DNA from: a virus
Lineage: Duplodnaviria > Caudoviricetes
DNA length: 52,186 bases
Direction: 5' to 3' (one strand)
IMG/VR virus record: IMGVR_UViG_3300032334_000367
Span: 1 to 52,186 of that record
Notes under the pieces: generated by a model
Database searches by the model: none
The model's input: the letters and a program-made list of their open reading frames with translations, nothing else
What the model was told of the DNA's origin: nothing
Shown here: positions 27,394-36,853 of the stretch, in pieces
Layout of the letters: each line of letters starts with the position of its first letter
How positions within the stretch are numbered: the stretch's first letter is position 1
Program-made: the position numbers and the translations under genes

Positions 27394-27839
27394 TAGCCTG
27401 CAGCGCCACCAGCAGCAGAATATGCACTCATACCATTAGCAAAACCTGCAACCTTGGTGAAAGTTAGTACCATTGAATAAGAATCTAGAGGAACTAACCC
27501 CATCTGTCTCAATACAAGATTTCCGGTTGGACTGGCTGCAGTATTAAACACAGCGGCGCTTAATGTACCTGCTTGTGTTCTACCAATTGTATAGATTGGA
27601 GTATTAGCAGAAGCTCCTTCCCAAGCTAACTGAATATATCCATTAGCACTTACTGAAAACTCAGCCCCAGCTAAAGCGACTAAACATGTTTGTTGAGTGT
27701 TTGCGAAAGCAAGAGTTTTAGGATTTAGAAGAAGTGCATTCGTAGTAGTGACTGCAGCATCATAATATCCTGTGACTTTAATTGCTGTTTGAAATGCAGT
27801 ATCAAATACAGTAACTACTTCTGGTGAATTTACAGCCAT
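27393..27839 (-). CDS. Hypothetical virion protein
   Basis: Ala/Thr-rich ORF in the head module. Confidence 0.65.
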   Translation of the reverse strand: MAVNSPEVVTVFDTAFQTAIKVTGYYDAAVTTTNALLLNPKTLAFANTQQTCLVALAGAEFSVSANGYIQLAWEGASANTPIYTIGRTQAGTLSAAVFNTAASPTGNLVLRQMGLVPLDSYSMVLTFTKVAGFANGMSAYSAAGGAAG

Positions 27840-27851
27840 TTTCTATACCCT

Positions 27852-28331
27852 TTATTGATTAGCTGTTGTAAAATCAACAGCTGTTTTAAAATCTTGTGGA
27901 TTACCGCTCACATATCTTGTAAACTTAACCCTGTTTGTAAAATGTAATTGCTTTGTCAAATTAACTAGTCTTGCTGCCACAGCTGGCTGCACTTGCGCAG
28001 TTGTACCATTTCCAAATTCAACATTGTCAGGTTGTCCAGTACGAACAATCTTTAATAACCTTTTCATAATAGTTTCATTGATGGTGTCAAGAGGCAATTC
28101 AATTTCCTCTTTCATAACAGCAAGTGGAACTTTTATATTACCAACCTTTCCAGGAAAATAAGGAACGCTAACATCAAGATTGAGCTTGCTGTTGCGATAC
28201 AATGCAATTCTTTCGCCTGTTGGAAACATGCGAATTCCTATGCGTCGTAAGACAACAACAGGTGGAGGGTCTGGCAGCTTGACGTACTCAGCCTCGAGCA
28301 GCGTTCCTCTGATTTCCTTAAAAGATTTCAT
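27852..28331 (-). CDS. Hypothetical, probable internal head protein
   Basis: N-terminus MKSFKEIRGTLLE; located in the head module. Confidence 0.6.
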   Translation of the reverse strand: MKSFKEIRGTLLEAEYVKLPDPPPVVVLRRIGIRMFPTGERIALYRNSKLNLDVSVPYFPGKVGNIKVPLAVMKEEIELPLDTINETIMKRLLKIVRTGQPDNVEFGNGTTAQVQPAVAARLVNLTKQLHFTNRVKFTRYVSGNPQDFKTAVDFTTANQ

Positions 28332-28826
28332 TTATTCCGATACGACCAACTTAGCTTCGCGACCTGTAGCCTTGTGCCAAGATTTACCATCTTTTAACGC
28401 AGCTTCTGGAGAAGGGTGCTTTTGTGTTGACTTCTTACCATTATGCATGTGAAGAGTTACATTAGATCCATGAACATGAACCTTAGCAATATGGTCTACC
28501 ATACCCTCATCAAGCTCGACTTCTTCCTTAACTCCACCGTCATACTTTTCTTTCTTTCTTAGATGCTTTGCTCTGTCTGCCTTTTTCTTGGCAAGGCGAG
28601 CATTATTCTTAGCAACGATGTCAGCAATAGCAGCGCCAGTTGCGCGACCACCGCGAGTCATCTCAATCTTTTCTTCAGCAATTGCTGGATCTTCGAACAT
28701 TGTCGCAGCAATTTCAACTTTCTTAGCATCTAGTGCATCAGAAACTTTTTGGGAAAGAACTTCCTGGAAAAGATCCTGGAAATCGAGAGCATTTTTGTCT
28801 AGTGCTAGGTCAGTAAATCTGTTCAT
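28332..28826 (-). CDS. Prohead core protein gp67-like, with C-terminal extension
   Basis: Directly follows the portal gene; F..VLSQKVSDALDAKKVEIA..MF helix. Confidence 0.6.
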   Translation of the reverse strand: MNRFTDLALDKNALDFQDLFQEVLSQKVSDALDAKKVEIAATMFEDPAIAEEKIEMTRGGRATGAAIADIVAKNNARLAKKKADRAKHLRKKEKYDGGVKEEVELDEGMVDHIAKVHVHGSNVTLHMHNGKKSTQKHPSPEAALKDGKSWHKATGREAKLVVSE

Positions 28827-30472
28827 TATTGATTACCTTTAATAAGTTGGGCAACTTTTTTATTTATATCATCTGGTTGTTTAGGTCCACCAGATGATGG
28901 TGTATTTGCTGATGTATCATCAGGATTATCTTCTTGAGGTTGGTCACCTTGCTGCTGTTGCATTTCAGCTTGCTTCTCAGCCTCTTCTTCTGCTTCTTTC
29001 TCTATCTGTTCTTGCATAATCTGAACTTCTTCTTCATTCAACTGAAGAACATTTTGTAATACCCACTGCTTGGAGAAGTACTGTCCGATATATGGTTGAA
29101 TCACATTTAGAGTGTTAACTCTATTTTGAATTAGTTCAGCTTCCTTCAACTCAACAAAGTTATTGTCTTTGATGAAGTCATAATGAATGTATTGCTTAAA
29201 TTGCTGCCACTCATCAAGAGTGCAAATACCCTTTAGTGCTAGTTGACGAGACATTAGCTCATCAAACATAACAGAAAAACGAGCACGCAACTTGTCGATG
29301 AACTTGTCAAACTTTAATTCATCTCTTGTAATTTCATTCGAACGACCAAGGCTAAATCCTTGTTGTTGCTCGAGTCTTGACACAGGCACATTTAATGCCT
29401 TGTAAAGCTTTTGCTCAAAGTATTTTACATCATCCATCTGACCAAGATTTTGTCCAGCAGGAAGCGTAGTAATTTCAGTAGACTTACCTTCACCACGTCG
29501 AGGCATCCAGAAATCTTCAAGCATAGAAAGTTGACGACGGTCATCACGAATTTCACCTGTTACTGAGTCATATGTTAATTTGTTACGGAACTTTGTCATT
29601 GTATCGCGAAGATACTGCTCTGCTTTTTGACGAGGCATATTGCCAACGTCAACATAGAACACACGACGTTCTGGTGCACGCGAAACACGATAGATTACAG
29701 TAGCGTCTTCAACGAATCTCAATTGATTCATTGGGCGAATTGCTTTATGAATGTAAGAAAGAACTGTAGACTTGGCTGGGTCAAATAGACCCGATGAAAT
29801 ATAAACAACAGAGTCATCTGTTAATTTAGTTCCACCAGCATAGCTGCCTAGAATTTGTGGTGACTGTACGTTATTATTAACAACTTTTTCGTTGTAAAGA
29901 TAGAACGTCTCAATCTTGTCTACCATCTCCATACCATTTTCTTTTTTCTTCTTGATATGGCGAATCTTACGAATACGTCTTGGGTCGACATAGATGAGCT
30001 GCATAATACCAGCTCTTGGATTGTCTGGATCGATAACTATATTGTAATATAGTCTACCATCAACATACCAACGACGGAAAATATCTGAGCCAAAGTTTCC
30101 AAAGTCAAGGAGCCTCATAACTTCCTTGAACTCATCGCGAATCATTTTCTTGATTTTATCTGGTTGTTGTAATTCATCTAGAACAATCTTAACTGTTTCA
30201 CCACGAGTATCGTGGACAATTGATTCATTAATAATATCTTCAATTGCAGACTCAATTTCAGGCTGCATTGCCATTGTTCTATATTTGGTAATTAAGTCTA
30301 CTTCTGAACGATAGGTTCCATCAAGATCGACATAAATGCCATAATGGGAACCAGACTGAATATTGATGGAGCCATCTTCAGTTTGTGGAGTGACGACTGA
30401 TGGAAGCTGCTCTTGCTCATCAGACTTTTGTGAATTGCGGACTAGTTCAAAGCCGAAGAATTTTAGTGCCAT
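28826..30472 (-). CDS. gp20: Portal protein gp20
   Basis: FRRWYVDGR, IYRVSRAPERRVFYVDVGN, EDFWMPRR, ITRDELKF. Confidence 0.97.
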   Translation of the reverse strand: MALKFFGFELVRNSQKSDEQEQLPSVVTPQTEDGSINIQSGSHYGIYVDLDGTYRSEVDLITKYRTMAMQPEIESAIEDIINESIVHDTRGETVKIVLDELQQPDKIKKMIRDEFKEVMRLLDFGNFGSDIFRRWYVDGRLYYNIVIDPDNPRAGIMQLIYVDPRRIRKIRHIKKKKENGMEMVDKIETFYLYNEKVVNNNVQSPQILGSYAGGTKLTDDSVVYISSGLFDPAKSTVLSYIHKAIRPMNQLRFVEDATVIYRVSRAPERRVFYVDVGNMPRQKAEQYLRDTMTKFRNKLTYDSVTGEIRDDRRQLSMLEDFWMPRRGEGKSTEITTLPAGQNLGQMDDVKYFEQKLYKALNVPVSRLEQQQGFSLGRSNEITRDELKFDKFIDKLRARFSVMFDELMSRQLALKGICTLDEWQQFKQYIHYDFIKDNNFVELKEAELIQNRVNTLNVIQPYIGQYFSKQWVLQNVLQLNEEEVQIMQEQIEKEAEEEAEKQAEMQQQQGDQPQEDNPDDTSANTPSSGGPKQPDDINKKVAQLIKGNQ

Positions 30473-30486
30473 GTTTTCCTCATATC

Positions 30487-30517
30487 AAAAATGGGGGGAA
30501 CAAAATAGCTCCCCCCA
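30487..30517 (-). terminator. Rho-independent terminator after gp19
   Basis: TGGGGGGAGC-loop-GTTCCCCCCA followed by TTTTT. Confidence 0.8.
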
Positions 30518-30526
30518 ACAAGTCAA

Positions 30527-31117
30527 TTAAGTGCCAAGAACTTCGCCGAGAGCAGATAACACATTACCAGCTGTGCTATTGTTCTCTGCTGATGTCCAGT
30601 ACTGATATGCAAAGGTGATTGAGAATTCTTCAATCTGATCGTTTGCACTCCAGTTAACTTCGATTGGTGATACATCTACTGGGAACATTCCAACAAACTT
30701 ATAAGTCTTTAGAACATCTCCCTTCTTGCCGTATTGAATTACAGTAGCATCAGCGCCATATCCATTGTCAACAGTTCCTGCTGAAGCAGCACGAATGTTA
30801 GCAACAGGATCTGATAGACCATTAATCCAACGCTCCATGGAATTGCGTACTGTAAAATCTTCGTCGTTAATTACGTTGATTGTCCAGTCTGGATATTGTC
30901 TATTGCCAGCAACCTTTACTTCACGACCGAAGTAGTATGTTGGTGCAATTCCTACTGTTGAGCCAGGTAGCTGAGCAGAGTTACACATGAAGGAGATCTT
31001 ACGATCTACTCCATTTGTCTTTGCATAACCTGGAACGTTCATACGAACTTCAAACAGATTAGGACGTGCACCGTCACCAATAAGTTGTTGTCTAAATTGA
31101 TTTACATTAAAAGCCAT
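30527..31117 (-). CDS. gp19: Tail tube protein gp19
   Basis: GARPNLFEV, AQLPG, WTINVINDEDF, IEEFSITFAYQYW. Confidence 0.95.
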   Translation of the reverse strand: MAFNVNQFRQQLIGDGARPNLFEVRMNVPGYAKTNGVDRKISFMCNSAQLPGSTVGIAPTYYFGREVKVAGNRQYPDWTINVINDEDFTVRNSMERWINGLSDPVANIRAASAGTVDNGYGADATVIQYGKKGDVLKTYKFVGMFPVDVSPIEVNWSANDQIEEFSITFAYQYWTSAENNSTAGNVLSALGEVLGT

Positions 31118-31142
31118 TTGACTCTCCTAGAGTTCTTAAAGG

Positions 31143-31150
31143 TATTTATT
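31143..31150 (-). promoter_or_regulatory. Late promoter variant AATAAATA (gp19)
   Basis: TAAATA core overlapping the gp18 stop codon. Confidence 0.55.
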
Positions 31151-32897
31151 AGAACTTACCAACAACTTCATCAAACGAAACACCCGTTCTTACAGCAACA
31201 AAGTTCAACTGGATATAGTTGATGCTTCTTGCTGGCTTAATGTAAATATCACCGACAAACTCATTGCGATCAATTAAGTCAGGAGTATTGTTTGTTGTGT
31301 CGCAAACTACGCGGAAATCATAGATTCCACGACGACCCTGTACAGTTCTTAGGAATGGCTCAACCAAACTTACAAACTGAGCTCTTGTAAACTCATCATT
31401 GAACTCGAAGAGGCTTGCCTTAGCAGCACGAGAAATTGCCTTCTCAAGAACAATAAACAAGCGACGTACATTAATACGATCGAAAGCAGAAGTTCTTGAT
31501 AGCAAGGTCTTGTCACCGAATAGTACAGTACCTTCGCCTGGGAACGCAACAACTGGATTGATACCAGCCTTATATAGGGTGTCGCGATCTGTCTTGCTTG
31601 GGTTAAACTTCAACTTGACAACGTTCTTAATTACACCACGTTGATAACCTGCAGGAGAGAACCATGGATCTCTTTGGCTATCAGTGCGAGCGCATAGACC
31701 AGCAATGTCACCATTTAGAGGAACCCAACGATACTTGTCGTTGTACTTGTCGTACATGTACTTCCAGCCAGAGTCCATAATTGCATATGAAGAGCTAGCA
31801 TTCAGAGTTGTATTTCTATAGTTAGTGATATTGCTTAATGTATCAGCCTTATCTAACGGAGGTGATAGTAAAACAACGCAGTCTTTTCTTGATTCAGCAG
31901 TTGAAATTAGCGCGGTAGCAATATTAACGTCGCCAGTTCCCTGCATGATTAGAGAAACATCAACATATTCTGGATTAGAGAACTGAGCATAAGCATTTAC
32001 TACATTAGCTGATGAAACCGTTCCGTCAGCACCAGCAGTGAACGATACTGTAAAGTTATTGCTATTTGCACCAACAGAAGCTCCGCCAAATACTGTATTG
32101 TTAGCAGTAGCGCCCCAATTTACAGTATTTGTTGCAACTGCATCATTATTGGTTGGGTGATTCATCCAGTAAACATACTTCGAATTTTTCCACAGAACTT
32201 CTTTATAATAGTTGCTTGAACCATCATCTGTTCTAGCATCAGAAGCTTTCGATACAAATGGGAATTTTTCTAGAACAGTTCCTGGAGCTCCACTGATCAA
32301 ACCATCTTCATCAACAACGATAATGTGCATTTCGTCACCAGAACCGCCACGTGCAGCAACATATGGTGATGTGCTTGGGGCAGAAGGGAAGTTAGATGCA
32401 TATGCCCAAGGAACGTATGCAGCACCTGTTGCAGTATTGCCGACGAAAGCGTTAGGTGATGGGCAGATAGAAATCCTTAAAGAATTACCTAGAGAACCTG
32501 CATAGCGAGCAGCGAACGAAGTGTTGGCGCTTGCTGTTCCAGTATACTCATTAGTAAAATATGTTTCCTCATTTTTAACTAATGTTCCAGTTGCCTGTAA
32601 TGAATTATTTGCATTAGCAACAGCATTTAGTAGACCTGCTCCGGTTGAACGAACAACTAGGAGATCGCTTGAGTAAGAGAGAAAGCTGGTTGCCGTTAGA
32701 TATAGAGCAGCTGTGCTATCGTTTGGTGTGTAAAATCTTGAAGCTAATTGAGCTTCGCTTGAAACTGGGGTCAAAAATTCGACTGGTCCCCATCTAAATT
32801 CGCCAGCAATAGCGCCAGTTGATGTAGATACTGCGGGAATGCCAGCTGTTAAGTCAATTTCTGAGACGTTAATGCCTGGTGATACTTGAAATGCCAT
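31149..32897 (-). CDS. gp18: Tail sheath protein gp18
   Basis: SPGINVSEID, WFSPAG, FDRINVRRLF, IKPARSINYI. Confidence 0.97.
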   Translation of the reverse strand: MAFQVSPGINVSEIDLTAGIPAVSTSTGAIAGEFRWGPVEFLTPVSSEAQLASRFYTPNDSTAALYLTATSFLSYSSDLLVVRSTGAGLLNAVANANNSLQATGTLVKNEETYFTNEYTGTASANTSFAARYAGSLGNSLRISICPSPNAFVGNTATGAAYVPWAYASNFPSAPSTSPYVAARGGSGDEMHIIVVDEDGLISGAPGTVLEKFPFVSKASDARTDDGSSNYYKEVLWKNSKYVYWMNHPTNNDAVATNTVNWGATANNTVFGGASVGANSNNFTVSFTAGADGTVSSANVVNAYAQFSNPEYVDVSLIMQGTGDVNIATALISTAESRKDCVVLLSPPLDKADTLSNITNYRNTTLNASSSYAIMDSGWKYMYDKYNDKYRWVPLNGDIAGLCARTDSQRDPWFSPAGYQRGVIKNVVKLKFNPSKTDRDTLYKAGINPVVAFPGEGTVLFGDKTLLSRTSAFDRINVRRLFIVLEKAISRAAKASLFEFNDEFTRAQFVSLVEPFLRTVQGRRGIYDFRVVCDTTNNTPDLIDRNEFVGDIYIKPARSINYIQLNFVAVRTGVSFDEVVGKF

Positions 32898-32936
32898 GGT
32901 TTTCTCCTAACTATAGGCGGAGGTAATATTCTTTTA

Positions 32937-32944
32937 TATTTATA
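32937..32944 (-). promoter_or_regulatory. T4 late promoter TATAAATA (gp18)
   Basis: Exact consensus. Confidence 0.8.
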
Positions 32945-32959
32945 AAAAGCCCTGTTTCA

Positions 32960-34672
32960 TTAATTATACTTAAAAAAATCGTTGGCATAAGAGTTAAAGT
33001 CAGAGTTTGATTCTCCAATGTTTTCCCACATTAAGCCTCCATCTTTAAAGTATTTTTGACCGTTATCGGTCTCAAAGCCAGAACTCATTAAAGGGATTGG
33101 AGGTAATTCGTCCTCCATTTGTTGCATCTTCTCGTCATAAAGCTTCTTTCGGATGTCAAAGTTAGTCATATCTCTAAAATAAGGCTGAGTTGTCAACCAA
33201 GAGAATAGAACTAGACACATTGCTAAGTCGTCGTGAGATCCTTCCTCGGCTCCATAATACCCACTCGGGAGTAGAACAAAAGTAGAAAGTTCTTCAATAA
33301 TGTTAAAATCTGGGATTAAAAGTCTTTGATTCTCAATCAAATCTTTAAGGGTATTACATCCCTGACGTTTAACTTTTTTAGTCGTCTTAACGCCTAACTG
33401 TTTCGTCTTTCCGAACTGAGAAAGATTAAAACGACCATTCATTCTATACTTTACGTTTCCACTTTCTTCGCCGTGGAACATATTTTCGTATTCTAATTCA
33501 TTATGCACGACCATAGCGATTTGAGAACCAATATCGTTATTCTCAATTAGCAAATATGCATCGTGGTAGTATCTCGCAGCTTGTACGATGATATTTGGGA
33601 ACAAGAGCGGAGAAACCACATTACTTCTATATTTAGCCACAACTTTAAATGGTTGGGCAGTAACGTCAACTATCACAAATGCTGAATAGTCTAGACCGAC
33701 TCCTCGAGCAGTGTCGACAGTAGAGATATAAAAGTGGTTTGGCTCTGGCTCATCATATACGTCTAAGCCTTCCATAATAGAACGCAAAGGTCGACCAAAA
33801 ACTAGATTTCCTAAAGCACCAGCTGAAATGAGGGTTCCTGCTGAACCGAGGAACGTACATTCCATTTCTTGCAAGAATTTTTGTTCTCCAAGAACACGCT
33901 TTTGTTCTAATGCCCACTCTTCAGTTCTTCCCGGAACCTGACGCCAGTTAGCCTCAATTGTATGGAAACCGTTAACTTCTTCCTCGGCTTCTTTCCAGAT
34001 TCGGTAGAAGTGGTTCATACCATTAGGAGTAGATGAAATTAATACCTTAGAGGTTTTACCAGAAGAAATCGTGGGATAAACTGAGGTAAAGAATTCTTCT
34101 GCTACGTTGTTTGGAACGAACGCAAATTCGTCGAGATACAGGAAGTTAATTGAGTAACCACGAGCAGCAGATGATGCAGTAGAGTCAGCTAAAATGCGGC
34201 ACTTATTTTCTAGTTCGATGTCACCTTTGTTCCAACCACTAACACCTTGCTGTAACCATAGAGGTAAAGACTCATAAGCAAGTTTAATTCTATTAAGAAT
34301 TTCACGAGATGTCTTAGCCTTGTTAGCAAGAAGAGCAATGAGCTTATCTTCCTCAAAAAGAATGTACCAAACAATATATCCAACCACAGTGGTAGTTTTA
34401 CCGACCTGACGACCAGCCTTCATTACTACGAAACGATTATCTTGAATGTCTCTGATAGTTTGTTCTTGGAATGGATAGAGGTCGATCTTAACGAAACCGC
34501 GATCGAGTGTAACGATCTTGACATAGTTTTGAATAAAATATACGGGATCGTTTTTACACTTAACATATTCCTCTAATTGTTCCTCTGTAATAGAAACAGA
34601 AACCCCAACTTTTTTAAGTTTAGGATTGTTTAGGTAAATATCTTTCTTATTAGGTCTTTCGTTATTGAGCAT
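32960..34672 (-). CDS. gp17: Terminase large subunit gp17
   Basis: GRQVGKTT, YLDEFAF, SSTPNG, HDDLAM. Confidence 0.97.
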   Translation of the reverse strand: MLNNERPNKKDIYLNNPKLKKVGVSVSITEEQLEEYVKCKNDPVYFIQNYVKIVTLDRGFVKIDLYPFQEQTIRDIQDNRFVVMKAGRQVGKTTTVVGYIVWYILFEEDKLIALLANKAKTSREILNRIKLAYESLPLWLQQGVSGWNKGDIELENKCRILADSTASSAARGYSINFLYLDEFAFVPNNVAEEFFTSVYPTISSGKTSKVLISSTPNGMNHFYRIWKEAEEEVNGFHTIEANWRQVPGRTEEWALEQKRVLGEQKFLQEMECTFLGSAGTLISAGALGNLVFGRPLRSIMEGLDVYDEPEPNHFYISTVDTARGVGLDYSAFVIVDVTAQPFKVVAKYRSNVVSPLLFPNIIVQAARYYHDAYLLIENNDIGSQIAMVVHNELEYENMFHGEESGNVKYRMNGRFNLSQFGKTKQLGVKTTKKVKRQGCNTLKDLIENQRLLIPDFNIIEELSTFVLLPSGYYGAEEGSHDDLAMCLVLFSWLTTQPYFRDMTNFDIRKKLYDEKMQQMEDELPPIPLMSSGFETDNGQKYFKDGGLMWENIGESNSDFNSYANDFFKYN

Positions 34673-35102
34673 CGTACTTCTTCAGCGCCTTCAATAATTC
34701 AGCAGTAGAACCTATGAACACAGCTTTATCAACATTAACTTCTGTAACTGAAGTTGACTTACCAGTAGCAACTTCTATAGCTGCTTTTGTTTTTTGTAAA
34801 GCAACAAGCTTATCAGTTAGGTCTGCGATGTTCTTAATAAGATTTCCAGCAACTTCAAAAGCTCTTGGGTGTTGAGATTCTGTAGCGACATCTAATGCTT
34901 TATCGACAGCATCACTGCCTTTCTCTATAAGCCCATAAAGATTTTGCCTGACATATTCAAAATCTCTTTGAGCCTCAGGAGATACAATTGTTTCAGCAAT
35001 AGGAAAAGTGTTAGATTCTGAAACAGTTACTGTGGTTACAGGAATTGGCTCTACATCAAATACTTCAGCTAGTGGATCTTCATGGTATGTTTGGTGATTC
35101 AT
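34662..35102 (-). CDS. gp16: Terminase small subunit gp16
   Basis: DFEYVRQNL, HPRAFEV, FIGSTAELLK. Confidence 0.92.
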   Translation of the reverse strand: MNHQTYHEDPLAEVFDVEPIPVTTVTVSESNTFPIAETIVSPEAQRDFEYVRQNLYGLIEKGSDAVDKALDVATESQHPRAFEVAGNLIKNIADLTDKLVALQKTKAAIEVATGKSTSVTEVNVDKAVFIGSTAELLKALKKYDAQ

Positions 35103-36087
35103 AAATTACTTCTGTATATCCAAAATCATCACTTGCGTTAGCCGTTGGAGGTTTCGGTGTAACGCTTATGTAAACAAGCTGTTGTGAAACAGGAAGAACG
35201 CTATTAATGTTACGTTTCGTATTACTTATCGTGCCAATAACATTACTGTTTGCAGTAAATTTACCAATAGTATTGGTGACCTTTAATATTTTGGTAGAAG
35301 TATTCCAAGCTAGAACGTCAGCTGTCACTGAAGAAGCTTGAGTCGTTTCGCCAACATAAACAGTTTCACCGAGTCTATAGGTTCCATTGCCTGAAGCAAG
35401 ATTCAATTCTATGACATCTGAAGAAGTCTTTGTATCTGAGTATACATTTGCAGTAGACTTTCTGATTAACTTGGCAGTATTTACTGGACCAAAGAAATAG
35501 GTTTTAACTTTAAATGTTAAAGTCCACACTATAACTCTAGTAGTTTCTTCTGCTCCTTCATAGGTTGTATCCTCAGAAACACTTTCTAAAATAATAGGAA
35601 TGTCTCTTTGAATATTCAACTCATCAACATAATTCATTGTTAACGTATAGTCAGGATTAAAGAAAGGTAGAATTTGTTCTACAATTTGAGTTCCATCTTC
35701 AACGTTACGAACATAGAGGTACAGCTCAAATTGTAAATCGTATGGAGTTCCAGCATATTGCTGATATTGAGTGCTATTTGAACCAGCAACAGAGTGGAAA
35801 CTGCTTGTAAAAGAAGATAGTTTTCTAGAAGGATCGTAACTTATTCCTACCATCTTAAAAGACATTCTAGGTAGAGTTATTTGGGTTGGATTATGTAAAT
35901 CTGGATTGCCCAAAAGTCTCGTTAAGAAATTTTCTTTAGCATCATATGAAAGCGGCACTGTAGTACGACTGACTTCCTCAAAGGAGTCTTTCGTGTACTT
36001 GAACAATTCAATATCTTTAAATATTGTGCCGAAAGAAATTACTGTCTTTCGTATTGTTCGATGATAGAAATGGTTCTTACTTAACAT
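35080..36087 (-). CDS. gp15: Tail sheath stabiliser/completion protein gp15
   Basis: FYHRTIRK..FGTIF, LPRMSF, QIVEQILPFFNP. Confidence 0.93.
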   Translation of the reverse strand: MLSKNHFYHRTIRKTVISFGTIFKDIELFKYTKDSFEEVSRTTVPLSYDAKENFLTRLLGNPDLHNPTQITLPRMSFKMVGISYDPSRKLSSFTSSFHSVAGSNSTQYQQYAGTPYDLQFELYLYVRNVEDGTQIVEQILPFFNPDYTLTMNYVDELNIQRDIPIILESVSEDTTYEGAEETTRVIVWTLTFKVKTYFFGPVNTAKLIRKSTANVYSDTKTSSDVIELNLASGNGTYRLGETVYVGETTQASSVTADVLAWNTSTKILKVTNTIGKFTANSNVIGTISNTKRNINSVLPVSQQLVYISVTPKPPTANASDDFGYTEVIYESPNIP

Positions 36088-36110
36088 TGTTTAGCCTATA
36101 ACGTAGAAAA

Positions 36111-36851
36111 CTAAAACCCAAATACTGCTGCAATTAATTCCCATTTTGCAGCAGTAGAATTGTAAATAAAGCCTATGTAATCGCGTTTACTGCTGCCGCT
36201 AGACACAGATGGTAACGTAAGATCCGTTGAACCTATGAACACAGAATTCCAGGAGAATGTTTGCACATTGGTTGATTGTAATCTTATCATGAGTTTTTGG
36301 CCATTTGATAATGTGCCCGTCGGCGCATTTATTGTTAATGTTCCAGTAGCTTGTGTATTAGTGTGTGTCGCTAGTTCTGTTGTGTTGGCATTAATTGTAA
36401 TTGAGGTTCCATCTGCATAATCAACGACTTTTAATCCCCATGGAACACCTTGAGATCCTTGAACACCAAAAGCACCTTGAGCGCCAACAGCACCTTGTGC
36501 GCCTTGTGCGCCAGTAGCACCTTGTGAGCCAACAGCACCCTGAACACCAACAGCGCCTTGTGCGCCAGTAGCACCTTGTGAGCCAACAGCACCCTGAACA
36601 CCAACAGCGCCTTGTACGCCAGTAGCACCTTGAGCGCCAACAGCACCTTGAACACCTTGTGCGCCCTGAACACCCTGAACACCAACAGCGCCTTGGACAC
36701 CTTGACGACCTTGTGCTCCTTGAGCACCCTGCACGCCACGCATATCATATAATTCTGAGAAATTGCTATTGACCTTTACAAAAGCATCTCTTAATTTATC
36801 GCCCTTGCCGTCATTAGGAGTGACACCAAGATTAATTGTAAGTCTAGCCAT
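36111..36851 (-). CDS. Collagen-like short fibre protein with a gp9/gp10-like N-terminal motif
   Basis: INLG..PNDGKGDKLRDAF.K.N.NF.ELY followed by about 33 G-X-Y triplets and a beta-rich C-terminus. Confidence 0.8.
   Translation of the reverse strand: MARLTINLGVTPNDGKGDKLRDAFVKVNSNFSELYDMRGVQGAQGAQGRQGVQGAVGVQGVQGAQGVQGAVGAQGATGVQGAVGVQGAVGSQGATGAQGAVGVQGAVGSQGATGAQGAQGAVGAQGAFGVQGSQGVPWGLKVVDYADGTSITINANTTELATHTNTQATGTLTINAPTGTLSNGQKLMIRLQSTNVQTFSWNSVFIGSTDLTLPSVSSGSSKRDYIGFIYNSTAAKWELIAAVFGF
36445..36740 (-). repeat. Collagen triplet (9-bp period) coding repeat, including a 54-bp duplication
   Basis: GAQ/GVQ/GAV/GAT triplets; near-identical units around 36502-36610. Confidence 0.85.
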
Positions 36852-36853
36852 TT

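Noticed and set aside
36431-36748. 105-aa repetitive ORF (KVLLAHK...)
   Set aside because: Alternative-frame shadow of the collagen repeat.
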